This document shows, in pieces, positions 26,881 to 34,999 of a stretch of 61,059 nucleotides of DNA. Every line of letters starts with the position of its first letter. Within the stretch, counting starts at the first letter, position 1. Origin of the DNA: a virus (taxonomy: Duplodnaviria > Caudoviricetes); the IMG/VR virus record IMGVR_UViG_3300036806_000045, positions 1 to 61,059 of that record. One strand, written 5' to 3'. The notes under the pieces are model-generated. The model did no database searches, had not been told where the DNA came from, and saw nothing but the letters and a program-made list of their open reading frames with translations. Made by a program: the position numbers and the translations under genes.

Positions 26881-28974
26881 CTACCGCGTAAAACCCACCT
26901 GAGCGAACTTGAACTCGGTCGCGCCGGCACTTTGAACCGCCGCTGTGTCGACGCAGAACTTCATGGCGTTGGTCGGGGACCGGTTCGCATCCATCCAAGC
27001 GCGCGCCGTAATCGCGTTCGGATCGGCAATCGCGTCGATCAGTGCTCCGAGGCTCCCATAACGCAATGCCGCATAGGCAGGATCGCCCCCGGTGATCTGG
27101 TCGACGGGCGGCTGGTTGTTCGGGTCGGCCAGCCGGATCGTGGCTAACGTCGGCCAATCCGATGCGAGCGTCCCAGTTGATCCGGTGAGCGTCAGCTGGT
27201 AGGGCCACGCGCCCTCAACGGGGTACCCCAGATTGCGGAACGGCCCGGACAGGAAGCTCGCGGTCTCCGCCAGCACGTCGGCGCACTCCATGCCGAGCCT
27301 GTGCATCCAGGCCAGCACCATCGCGTAGTAGTCGACCTGCCACATGGGAATACCGGCCCACACGGCGCCGCTCGATAGCTGCCCTGGGATCAGCGCCAGG
27401 TCTCCCTGGAACGGCCTGGCGAACGCCATATAGTCGCGCAACGCCACGATGTTGCCGGCGACGATCGTCCGCAGCGCGGTCGACAGATAGCGGGCATCCG
27501 GGATCAGCGCGGCACCGAGCATCAGCGTTCGGAGTGACCACGCCATCGCGCGGGTTTGGCCGTTGCCCACGGTGAACGGGAGCGCCGACGCGTTGGATGT
27601 CGGAAAGCTCACGACGATGGACCTGTTGCCGTGATCGTCCACCTGCGTTGACTGCGTGGCCGCAGCCTGGGCCTCCAGGTCATCGAGCCACATGCGCCGT
27701 CCCGTCAGATACCACGGAACCGCCGCAGCACAGCCAGCGTGCGCGCTGTCGATCGTCCAGCCGTTGCCCTGCGAGAGCTGCTGGATCTGCTGGCCAGGGA
27801 AGTCCGTTGCCGAGAACCACTTGCCACTGGCCCGGTCGCGTAGATGCCACGGCACGGCGCCGAAGCCGCGCAGCATCGGCAGCGTGGCCAGATAGGCGCC
27901 TGGATCCTGGGAGATTAGCCAACTCGCGACTGGACCGGGCATGGGGCCTATCTCGTCGCGGTCGCCGGTCGACGGGAAGTATCGCGTCACACCACCATCG
28001 GCCAGTGGCGCGATCGGTGGCCATGCCGAAACGGGAATTCCCGTAACGCCCAGATCGTCCCGGTGGATCATCAGGCCGCACTGTCGTAGCAGCTGTGTGT
28101 CAAACATCGGATGGACCGGCTGCTCGTTGACCGTATGCCGCCAGACCTGGCCTAGCGCATGGGTGTTGCCCTGCGAGAAGCAGAACAGGCCGGAGTAGCG
28201 CGCGTGGTTGAGGGTGAAGGTGTTTGTCGGTGGATCGAACGCGGTCAGCTCTACGTCAGGCTCAAGCGAGTAGCCGTCAGCACGTAGGGCCGAGACGCCA
28301 GTGTTGATTATTGGAACACCGTTCACTTTGCCGATGACGGTTGCCGTGGTGCCGACAACGTTGGCGATAAAGGAGCAGCCATCCAACGAGTACGAAGCAA
28401 TCTGTCCCTCACCTTCGATTCTCACGTCGTAAGAGAGGTTCGGCACCAACGCTGGCGCGGCAGTGCCGATGTCCACCAGCGAGCGGGAGAAGCCCACATC
28501 CACGCGGGTCGGGGTGCCATCACGGAAGCAGGCCACGTCAACCACAAGCTCGAAGTCAGGCGATAAGTCGGGAACCGGGATGTAGACGCGACCCTCCGTC
28601 ACGAGCGGCCCGTTGCGCCATGGATCATTTTGCCAACTGCCTTGCAGTGGGATGGTGATGGGAGCTGCACCAGCTACGGCGATCGTAACCACCGCGTCGG
28701 TCACCAGGGCAAGAGGCGTCCCTACAAGTGCCCCACCAACCGTCAAATCCCCCGGCGCCCATTCGCCCATCGCCAGCGCTGGCACTTGCACCGCGACGAG
28801 GGCGTGCTTGACGCTGCCGTCTGGGCGGCTCTGCAGTACGTCCACCTGCGCTGGCTGGTTGCCTATCAACAGGCCAGCGCCTCGTGGCAGAAAGCCGGGC
28901 AGGAACGGATGCGCGAACGTGACGGTGCGCGGCTGGGTGGGAACGTCGAAGGGGTGGAAGGCTAGGAATGTCAT
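26881..28974 (-). CDS. 697-aa protein, possibly polysaccharide-lyase-like (alpha/alpha barrel)
   Basis: PAQVDV...PDGSVKHA N-terminus; TGDRDEIGP, DSAHAG and GQTRAMAWSLRTL in a helical C-terminal half. Confidence 0.45.
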   Translation of the reverse strand: MTFLAFHPFDVPTQPRTVTFAHPFLPGFLPRGAGLLIGNQPAQVDVLQSRPDGSVKHALVAVQVPALAMGEWAPGDLTVGGALVGTPLALVTDAVVTIAVAGAAPITIPLQGSWQNDPWRNGPLVTEGRVYIPVPDLSPDFELVVDVACFRDGTPTRVDVGFSRSLVDIGTAAPALVPNLSYDVRIEGEGQIASYSLDGCSFIANVVGTTATVIGKVNGVPIINTGVSALRADGYSLEPDVELTAFDPPTNTFTLNHARYSGLFCFSQGNTHALGQVWRHTVNEQPVHPMFDTQLLRQCGLMIHRDDLGVTGIPVSAWPPIAPLADGGVTRYFPSTGDRDEIGPMPGPVASWLISQDPGAYLATLPMLRGFGAVPWHLRDRASGKWFSATDFPGQQIQQLSQGNGWTIDSAHAGCAAAVPWYLTGRRMWLDDLEAQAAATQSTQVDDHGNRSIVVSFPTSNASALPFTVGNGQTRAMAWSLRTLMLGAALIPDARYLSTALRTIVAGNIVALRDYMAFARPFQGDLALIPGQLSSGAVWAGIPMWQVDYYAMVLAWMHRLGMECADVLAETASFLSGPFRNLGYPVEGAWPYQLTLTGSTGTLASDWPTLATIRLADPNNQPPVDQITGGDPAYAALRYGSLGALIDAIADPNAITARAWMDANRSPTNAMKFCVDTAAVQSAGATEFKFAQVGFTR

Positions 28975-29141
28975 ATCGGTTCACCGTATGCTATGCGGCG
29001 AAGTTCTTCGAGTTCTCGCGCTGCTTGTCGGATAATTTGCGCTTCAGAACACGGTGATGCTACCGCGCTAGCATCTAACTCATCAGCTATTTGGCGTAGG
29101 TAGTCTATGCGATTCGCGTAATCATCGCTGGCCTTGCTCAT
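28971..29141 (-). CDS. 56-aa hypothetical protein (MSKASDDYAN...)
   Basis: Translated by hand; TGATG and ATGA coupling on the two sides. Confidence 0.55.
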   Translation of the reverse strand: MSKASDDYANRIDYLRQIADELDASAVASPCSEAQIIRQAARELEELRRIAYGEPI

Positions 29142-29218
29142 CACGCCACCCTCGGCGCCAGGGTGACGGTGCGCGCGGCGGTGGGTTGGTCGAAGGGGCG
29201 GAAGGCGAGGAAGGTCAT
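29141..29218 (-). pseudogene. Truncated duplicate of the 5' end of the 697-aa gene
   Basis: [19 protein letters not shown] versus MTFLAFHPFDVPTQPRTVT; 46 of 56 nt identical. Confidence 0.8.
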
Positions 29219-29529
29219 GGTTTCGTGTCCGGAGGAATGTCCCCCATATCCCAATTCGCGAGCGTCAGAAACACGTGCCACTCGCAGCCGTCAGGTTGTT
29301 CCGGATAATTGGTTCCGCGCTTGTGGTAGAAAGAAGCGGTGACGGTCCCATCGGCGTGTACGTGGTGCAGTCCTATTCCGGTAACGTGACCACAATTGCA
29401 CCGGATCAATGGCTTGAGCGGGCGCCCGGTCCCGTATTCTGTGACTTTGTACCAGCCTGGCTTTCCCACCACTGGGAAATCCTTATAGACACTCTCCCCT
29501 TCGGGCAGCCGCGGAATGATAATGTTCAT
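29215..29529 (-). CDS. Small putative Zn-binding protein
   Basis: CNCGH...GTVTASF...GCEWH; ATGA overlaps. Confidence 0.6.
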   Translation of the reverse strand: MNIIIPRLPEGESVYKDFPVVGKPGWYKVTEYGTGRPLKPLIRCNCGHVTGIGLHHVHADGTVTASFYHKRGTNYPEQPDGCEWHVFLTLANWDMGDIPPDTKP

Positions 29530-30653
29530 GCGAACCTCGGCGCCAGCGTCCCGCCAGCATTGCTAATCGCCGCAGTGAATGGTGCCGCGGCGAGATTGGT
29601 TGCCACAACAGGCGGCGGAGGAGATGGCGGAGACACGGGCGGAGGCGCCCCCGTCGCGCCACCTGTTCCGGATGATCCGCTCGGCGACGGTTCAGAGCCG
29701 GCACTCAGCGCGGCGATCTGCGCCGCAGTCAGCGTGCCTCGGAACACCATCATCGCACGCCAGCGGCCGGTGAAGGACGGGAACGGCGTCGCCGCGGCGG
29801 GATCGGCGCCAATCGTGCCCCCGTCCGGCGCCGTGGTGAACATGACGTCGCCACCGCCCCAGACCGGGCTGCTATTGCCATCCGTCCGCGTGTCCACGTT
29901 CACGGACAGCGTATCGGGCTGGCCGGCTACCGGCGTGAGAAGCGTCACGCCCATGAACCAAGTGCCGGCGGACACCGAGCCAACAGTCTGTCCGTTCGTG
30001 GCGTTCGGCGAATCGTTGTCCACGCCCTGCCCGCCCGTCGGTGTCCATCGAGTTCCGTAGCCGCTCGCCCAGAGCCAGAACAGCATCCCGTTCCCCGGCT
30101 TGCGGGCGCACAGCCACGTCACGGGATCGTTGCCGTGCGCGATGTCGATGCTCGCGGCGTCCGGGTTGCCGATCCACACGATCGACAGCGGCCCGGCGTT
30201 GACGTTGCGCCACACGCCGTCGCCTGGGGACAGAGCGACAAACGTAGAGGCGTCCAGTTGCAGCGCCTGACCGACAGGCGCGGCCGACAATGCGATCGGC
30301 CCATGAACGGTGCCGTCCTGGCCGTGGCCGCTTTCGTCGGGGATCGTCGTGTCAACGAGTGACGACGCTCGCCAATAGCCGAGCATCGGTGGCCACGCAT
30401 TGGTGCTGCCGCCGCCGGTGTTGGTGGTGCCCGTGGCGCCGGTTGTGCCCGTGCTGCCGGTGGCGCCGGTCGAGCCCGTGCTTCCCGTGGCGCCTATGCT
30501 GCCTGTCGCGCCCGTTGTACCAGTGGAGCCTGTCGAGCCCGTCGCCCCGGTACTTCCCGTGGCGCCCTCGAGTACGGCCACCCGCGCAGTGAGCACATCC
30601 ATCTCAGCAGTCAGCGCGTCGAAATCCTCGATCGTTGGCACATTCACTGGCAT
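29526..30653 (-). CDS. Collagen-like (Gly-X-Thr) repeat plus LamG/ConA-like domain protein
   Basis: [19 protein letters not shown]... then LGYW...[10 protein letters not shown]...FTGRW...LTAAQIAAL; AAGGAG upstream. Confidence 0.7.
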   Translation of the reverse strand: MPVNVPTIEDFDALTAEMDVLTARVAVLEGATGSTGATGSTGSTGTTGATGSIGATGSTGSTGATGSTGTTGATGTTNTGGGSTNAWPPMLGYWRASSLVDTTIPDESGHGQDGTVHGPIALSAAPVGQALQLDASTFVALSPGDGVWRNVNAGPLSIVWIGNPDAASIDIAHGNDPVTWLCARKPGNGMLFWLWASGYGTRWTPTGGQGVDNDSPNATNGQTVGSVSAGTWFMGVTLLTPVAGQPDTLSVNVDTRTDGNSSPVWGGGDVMFTTAPDGGTIGADPAAATPFPSFTGRWRAMMVFRGTLTAAQIAALSAGSEPSPSGSSGTGGATGAPPPVSPPSPPPPVVATNLAAAPFTAAISNAGGTLAPRFA

Positions 30654-30680
30654 CAGAATCACTCCTTGCATTCACACAAC

Positions 30681-30712
30681 AAAAAAGGCCACCAGGTTTC
30701 CCCCGGTGGCCC
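30681..30712 (-). terminator. Intrinsic terminator after the lysis-region genes
   Basis: GGCCACCGG / CTGGTGGCC stem followed by six T on the minus strand. Confidence 0.8.
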
Positions 30713-30736
30713 GTCATCTCGGATTGTCCCCAGACA

Positions 30737-31477
30737 TCAGCCGGTGAACTCGTCCAGTTCGGCCCGTAGCGTGTCGGCATCGACGCCGCTGTTCTGTCGC
30801 CACGTGAGCGCATAGGCCTCGTCCACCCGCGCCCGCAGCCACGGCCATGTCGCAGGCTGGAACTGCCCCCACGTCACCAGCCGCACCGTGTCGCCGTCCT
30901 GGAGCCCCGTGTAGTCCCAGGCAACAAGGCAATGGCCACCAACCACGGCACCATCGTCCCGGCCGTCCTGCACGTCCCAGAGCGCCGCCATGTCCATGTC
31001 CCGCTCACGCAGCGTGACGCCGAGATAGGCATGGGACAGCCGGTCGATCGCGTGCGGAATGTTGGCCAGCGGCAGCGTGCCGAATAGGCCCACCAGCGGC
31101 ACCTGCTGGCCCACGTCGAAGCCCAGCGTTGCCTGCCGCGTCAGCACGTCGAGCATGACGGCGCCGTCCGTGGCCATCAGTTCGGCATCGGTGGCGCTCG
31201 GTCGGTTGATGCACGCAGCGTAGAAATCCACCACTAGGGCCGGTTGGATGACGGGCTGAAACCCCTGCTCGGCCCACGCCACCGCTGAGGCAGCGTTTGC
31301 CAAGCCGGCAGCGGTGCAGTCGGGGAGGCTGTCGTTCTGGTACAGCCCAGGCGAAAACGGTATCCCCGACCGGTCCACCACAGCGCGCGGTGGCGCGGCT
31401 GCGGCGAACCGATGCGCCGCCAGCGACGGTGCGCTGGCAACGCGGGCGGGATCGTGGGGAAGGCGGCCGAGCTTCAT
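30737..31477 (-). CDS. Papain-fold cysteine peptidase-like protein
   Basis: NDSLPDCTAAG (Cys), GGHCLVAWDY (His) and LVTWG. Confidence 0.65.
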   Translation of the reverse strand: MKLGRLPHDPARVASAPSLAAHRFAAAAPPRAVVDRSGIPFSPGLYQNDSLPDCTAAGLANAASAVAWAEQGFQPVIQPALVVDFYAACINRPSATDAELMATDGAVMLDVLTRQATLGFDVGQQVPLVGLFGTLPLANIPHAIDRLSHAYLGVTLRERDMDMAALWDVQDGRDDGAVVGGHCLVAWDYTGLQDGDTVRLVTWGQFQPATWPWLRARVDEAYALTWRQNSGVDADTLRAELDEFTG

Positions 31478-31484
31478 GGCTTAC

Positions 31485-31949
31485 CTACCGCGCAACCGCC
31501 TTGAGGGCGGCGCGCGCCTGGTCCGGTGTCATGGCGCCTCGCACGGCGGAGGCAGGAACCACGAAACCGACGGCTACCTCGATAATCGGCAGAAGGACCG
31601 CCGCGGCCTGGATAGCCGTGCTGAACGGCGCCGGGATGGGGAACGCAGCCAGCGCGTTGACGATGGTGTTCACGTCCGTCTCGACCTGCTTGACGATCGG
31701 CTGCGCCGCCGTGGTGCTGGCTGCGGACGACACCTGCGAGGCAAGCGATTGCAGGTCGGCCACCGCGGCGCCAACCGCTGCCATGGTGGCAGACGGAATG
31801 ATGTTCGCCGGCAGGTTCGGCAGCACGCCGAGCAGACCCGACGCAATCGTGGCAACGTCCTGTGCGACGGTGGCGAGCGCAGTGTTGCCGGTGACACAGC
31901 CTGCCAGCAGGAGTGCCGGCGTGGCGATGAGAAGGTGGCGGCGGTTCAT
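31485..31949 (-). CDS. Lipoprotein
   Basis: MNRRHLLIATPALLLAGC lipobox; AAGGA upstream. Confidence 0.7.
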   Translation of the reverse strand: MNRRHLLIATPALLLAGCVTGNTALATVAQDVATIASGLLGVLPNLPANIIPSATMAAVGAAVADLQSLASQVSSAASTTAAQPIVKQVETDVNTIVNALAAFPIPAPFSTAIQAAAVLLPIIEVAVGFVVPASAVRGAMTPDQARAALKAVAR

Positions 31950-31960
31950 GTGGTGTCCTT

Positions 31961-32086
31961 TCATGGACAGTCGGGATGGTAGACAGGATGCCGCGCCATC
32001 TCCTGGACGCAGCCGGGGTTGAGATAGCAGTCGGGGCAGATGCAGCCGGTCGTCAGCAGCGCGAGTAGGAGCGCTGCCAGCCTCAC
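31961..32086 (-). CDS. Small Cys-rich lipoprotein, 41 aa
   Basis: LLLALLTTGC lipobox-like; GTGA overlap with the holin stop. Confidence 0.45.
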   Translation of the reverse strand: MRLAALLLALLTTGCICPDCYLNPGCVQEMARHPVYHPDCP

Positions 32087-32340
32087 GGCTTGGTCGGCGC
32101 CAGCAGCGCCGTCTTCGCTGCCGAGCCGCTGGATGAGCCGTAGTAGAATTGGATGACGGTCGTGACGTTCGACACGACGGCGCCGAGCATGATTGCCAGG
32201 GCGTTGTCGTTCTTTGCCCACCAGGCAACGCCGAGCCCGGCGGCAAATAGGGCCAGAGAGAAGAATGCAATACTTGGCTTGGCCCACGACGGCTCAGCCA
32301 TCGTGACTGGCGCTGGCGGCGTGGTGGTGGTCTCGCTCAT
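32083..32340 (-). CDS. Putative holin
   Basis: Two TM segments and the QFYYGSSSGS..K motif; adjacent to the putative lysin. Confidence 0.7.
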   Translation of the reverse strand: MSETTTTPPAPVTMAEPSWAKPSIAFFSLALFAAGLGVAWWAKNDNALAIMLGAVVSNVTTVIQFYYGSSSGSAAKTALLAPTKP

Positions 32341-32906
32341 GGTTGCTCCGTTTCACGTGAAACATTGGACAGTTCTGCTGCATTAAGTTCGTCAGCAGAC
32401 ACATCGGGAAAGCCGCCAGCCGGCGCCGCATGTCCCGTCGCCGCCGCGAGGAACGCAGGCCAGCGCGCATCGCACAGGATCATGCCAGCCGCGATCTCAG
32501 CGATTGGCCACTGCGCCTGGTAGTCTTCCCAATGCGCGATCGCTTGGCACAGCGCCTGCCGGGTAGCCACGACGTGCACGTCAACATCAGCATCGAGCGC
32601 CAGACCGAGCTTTGCCGCGACGCCGGCGGCATAGGATGCGGTGGCGTTCTCGGAGGGTGGCGCGAATACGTCGATCATGGCGCCGACGCTGCGCAGGCCT
32701 CGATTATCGTGCGCATCAAGCAGCCACAGGCCGAGCGCTGCCCAGCCATCCGGCCGCGTGGCAAAGATCGCGAATGGACCGCCGGGGCCGTTGTCCACTG
32801 CCACCTGCCCAGGCCACGGAGGCGCACCGTGACGCGGACGCAGATCGCCGGGATTCCAGTTCCGCCAGGGGCGGTGGTGCGTCCAGGGGGCGACGGGATC
32901 GGTCAC
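32337..32906 (-). CDS. Putative endolysin (lysozyme-like, RNxNPGxLR family)
   Basis: RNWNPGDLR, FAIF...DGWAAL and FAPPSENATASY. Confidence 0.65.
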   Translation of the reverse strand: MTDPVAPWTHHRPWRNWNPGDLRPRHGAPPWPGQVAVDNGPGGPFAIFATRPDGWAALGLWLLDAHDNRGLRSVGAMIDVFAPPSENATASYAAGVAAKLGLALDADVDVHVVATRQALCQAIAHWEDYQAQWPIAEIAAGMILCDARWPAFLAAATGHAAPAGGFPDVSADELNAAELSNVSRETEQP

Positions 32907-33169
32907 GGCGCCACCAGCGCCAGCACGCGCTCCAGCCGCGCCCGGCAGACCTCAAGAGCGGAGGCCGTTTCAGACCTGGCAGTTTCAGTCTTCCTCGCCC
33001 ACTCGATCGCCGCCTCAAACGTGCGAGGCGCTGGCGGCACCGGCACCGCAGGCACAGCATGCGGGCACGACAGGAGATCAGCCGATATCTCAATGTGAGC
33101 CGCCGCCGGCGGCTCGACCACTGCCTGCGAACAGCAGGACAGCAGCATGATAGGCAGGAGGCGGATCAT
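32903..33169 (-). CDS. Lipoprotein, o-spanin-like
   Basis: LLLSCC lipobox; ISADLLSCP...Pro-rich...CRARL. Confidence 0.6.
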   Translation of the reverse strand: MIRLLPIMLLSCCSQAVVEPPAAAHIEISADLLSCPHAVPAVPVPPAPRTFEAAIEWARKTETARSETASALEVCRARLERVLALVAP

Positions 33170-33591
33170 TTGTGCCCCGTCAGTTGCGCGCGGGATGCGG
33201 CGTCGATGCCGTCCACGCGCACGGCCATGCCAGCTTCCAGTTGCTCGAGCGCCCGAATACGCGCGTCGTAGGCATCCATGCGGCCAGCTTCTTCGGACAG
33301 CCGCCGCACGATATCCTGCATCTGGTCCATGCGCGGCCCGTGGTCGATCTTGTCGCTGAGCGCGCCGATGGACATTTGCATCTGGTCGAGCTGCTTCTGG
33401 AATTGCCCGACGGTCGCAGCGTCATGCCCAAGCACACCGCCTGCGCCGAACACATTCTGTCCCACGCTCAATAGCAGCATGAGCACGGTCCCGATCGAGA
33501 CCACCCACGCGCTGGTATCCATCTGCCGCAGTCGTTCAACCATCGACGTTCCAGTTCCGAACCGAGGGTGGCAAAGCAGAAGCGTGTGCAT
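33166..33591 (-). CDS. Membrane-anchored coiled-coil protein (i-spanin- or holin-like)
   Basis: One TM segment followed by a coiled coil; GGAGG upstream. Confidence 0.5.
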   Translation of the reverse strand: MHTLLLCHPRFGTGTSMVERLRQMDTSAWVVSIGTVLMLLLSVGQNVFGAGGVLGHDAATVGQFQKQLDQMQMSIGALSDKIDHGPRMDQMQDIVRRLSEEAGRMDAYDARIRALEQLEAGMAVRVDGIDAASRAQLTGHK

Positions 33592-33664
33592 GCGGATATC
33601 CTCCGCGCCGCCCTATGTGAGCGGCGTCACTGTGTCGGCTTGCGTTTCGTGACATCCTTTCTCA

Positions 33665-33748
33665 CCCGTGGCTGTTGATGCAGTCATGGGACTTGGACCG
33701 TGAGGTCCGGGGGAGAGGGATCGGGCCGTCCAACCGGCTCGGTCCCTC
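33665..33748 (+). ncRNA. Candidate structured RNA with three hairpins
   Basis: Stems of 10, 8 and 14 bp, each with two G-U pairs on the plus strand; one GNRA loop (GTGA). Confidence 0.4.
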
Positions 33749-33754
33749 GCTGGA

Positions 33755-34006
33755 TTACTTCCCGTCTGAATCAGATGACTTCGGCGGATCGACCGGCTTC
33801 GGAGCCTGCGCTGCTCGCTGTGCCGCCTGGGCCGCGTCGATGATCTGCTTGGCCAGGAGCGCGCCCTCGTTATGGCTCCCGCCGTTCTGCAGGAACGCCA
33901 TTGTAGCGCCGAGCACGTCAGCCGGCACGGGCACGGTCTGCGGCGGCTGCTGGGCGTGGGCGAGCATCGGCGCCACCAGGGCGGCGGCTAGGATCAGGCG
34001 GCGCAT
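33755..34006 (-). CDS. Small secreted protein
   Basis: MRRLILAAALVAPMLAHAQ signal peptide; AAGGA upstream. Confidence 0.65.
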   Translation of the reverse strand: MRRLILAAALVAPMLAHAQQPPQTVPVPADVLGATMAFLQNGGSHNEGALLAKQIIDAAQAAQRAAQAPKPVDPPKSSDSDGK

Positions 34007-34135
34007 AGGGGATTCCTTGACTTCGTGGCATGATCTGACGATGAGTGCCGACGGCGGGATAGGTTGATCCCCGAACGTCCGGCACCACACCGGGCTTCCC
34101 GCCGCAACCTTGTGGGCACCAGTGGAGGTGTTTCA

Positions 34136-34999
34136 ATGACCAAACTACATCTTTCCGAGGCGTTCCCTGGCGAGCGAGTCACTGAGGAAATTTACCCCAA
34201 ACTGCTGGAATGGCTCGGAAGTCCCAGCATAACCGTTACTCTTATCCCTGGCCGGTGTGGCAGCACATTCCTTGCCGATATCGTCCGTGGTACGGGCATC
34301 TGTGGCACCGGCGATGAGACATTCAACGAAATACCGCGGGATGCGTGGATCAAGACAGCGCCTCAACTGCTATGGGCGTTCGCACAAGCTCTGAAACGAG
34401 CCAAGCTCGGGGGCGTTTCATGGTTTCAGATCGCGCCGCACAGGTTTGACGCTCTCTCTGATGTCATAGACAGTTCAATATTGCGCCAGTGGCGTTACAC
34501 GACGCTGTTGCGTCGCGACATCTTGGCGCAGGCAATCTCTTACGTTTATGCGACAGAATCCGGGGTATGGCATTCCTCGCAACATGGCCAGGATTCCAAC
34601 ATCAATATAACAGTCGGCGCCGCAGTCGCTCTGGTAGTCGAATGGGTGCAGGCAATCACTGAGGCCGAGACGGCTATCGATCACATCATCCATCACTTCG
34701 CGAGCGCGCCGCCGTTGGCTCAGTTCTACGAGGATATCGTTGCTTCGCCCTACGAGGAGTTGGGCCGGTTCCTGCGATTCAACGGAGTGCGGTATAACCC
34801 AGCTGACATCGCGATGGGCGAAACGTCCCTAAAACTGCGCAAGTCGGGCGCCATGGCACTTTACGACGAATGTTGCACTCGTCATCCGTGGGTGGAAAAG
34901 CTGGTGCAGACTAGAAAGACCGTCAAGGCTCCACGTCCTAGGCTCTGCGTGAGCAATCCGATCTTCCTGAGCGAGACGGCACTGGAGTGGCTGTCCTAG
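34136..34999 (+). CDS. Stf0-like PAPS-dependent sulfotransferase
   Basis: 5'-PSB-like PGRCGSTFL, ETFN, LLRRDILAQAISYVYATESGVWH and FYED; GGAGG at 34124. Confidence 0.78.
   Translation: MTKLHLSEAFPGERVTEEIYPKLLEWLGSPSITVTLIPGRCGSTFLADIVRGTGICGTGDETFNEIPRDAWIKTAPQLLWAFAQALKRAKLGGVSWFQIAPHRFDALSDVIDSSILRQWRYTTLLRRDILAQAISYVYATESGVWHSSQHGQDSNINITVGAAVALVVEWVQAITEAETAIDHIIHHFASAPPLAQFYEDIVASPYEELGRFLRFNGVRYNPADIAMGETSLKLRKSGAMALYDECCTRHPWVEKLVQTRKTVKAPRPRLCVSNPIFLSETALEWLS

Larger units (their letters stand above)
24796..26884 (+). repeat. Nine direct junction repeats, consensus (CC)TAA/TAGAA-C(3-8)-GG-TGAGTGAG-ATG
   Basis: Copies begin at 24796, 24984, 25190, 25477, 25738, 25926, 26146, 26645 and 26870, each at an ORF stop codon. 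Confidence 0.88.

Noticed and set aside
24796-26884. CRISPR array or classical integron attC array
   Set aside because: The spacers are 160-470-bp ORFs of unequal length and the repeats are short and degenerate. There are no cas genes, no IntI and no attC-type hairpins.
28919-29218. DGR template/variable repeat pair
   Set aside because: The mismatches are not adenine-specific, the repeat is at a gene 5' end, and I recognised no reverse transcriptase.
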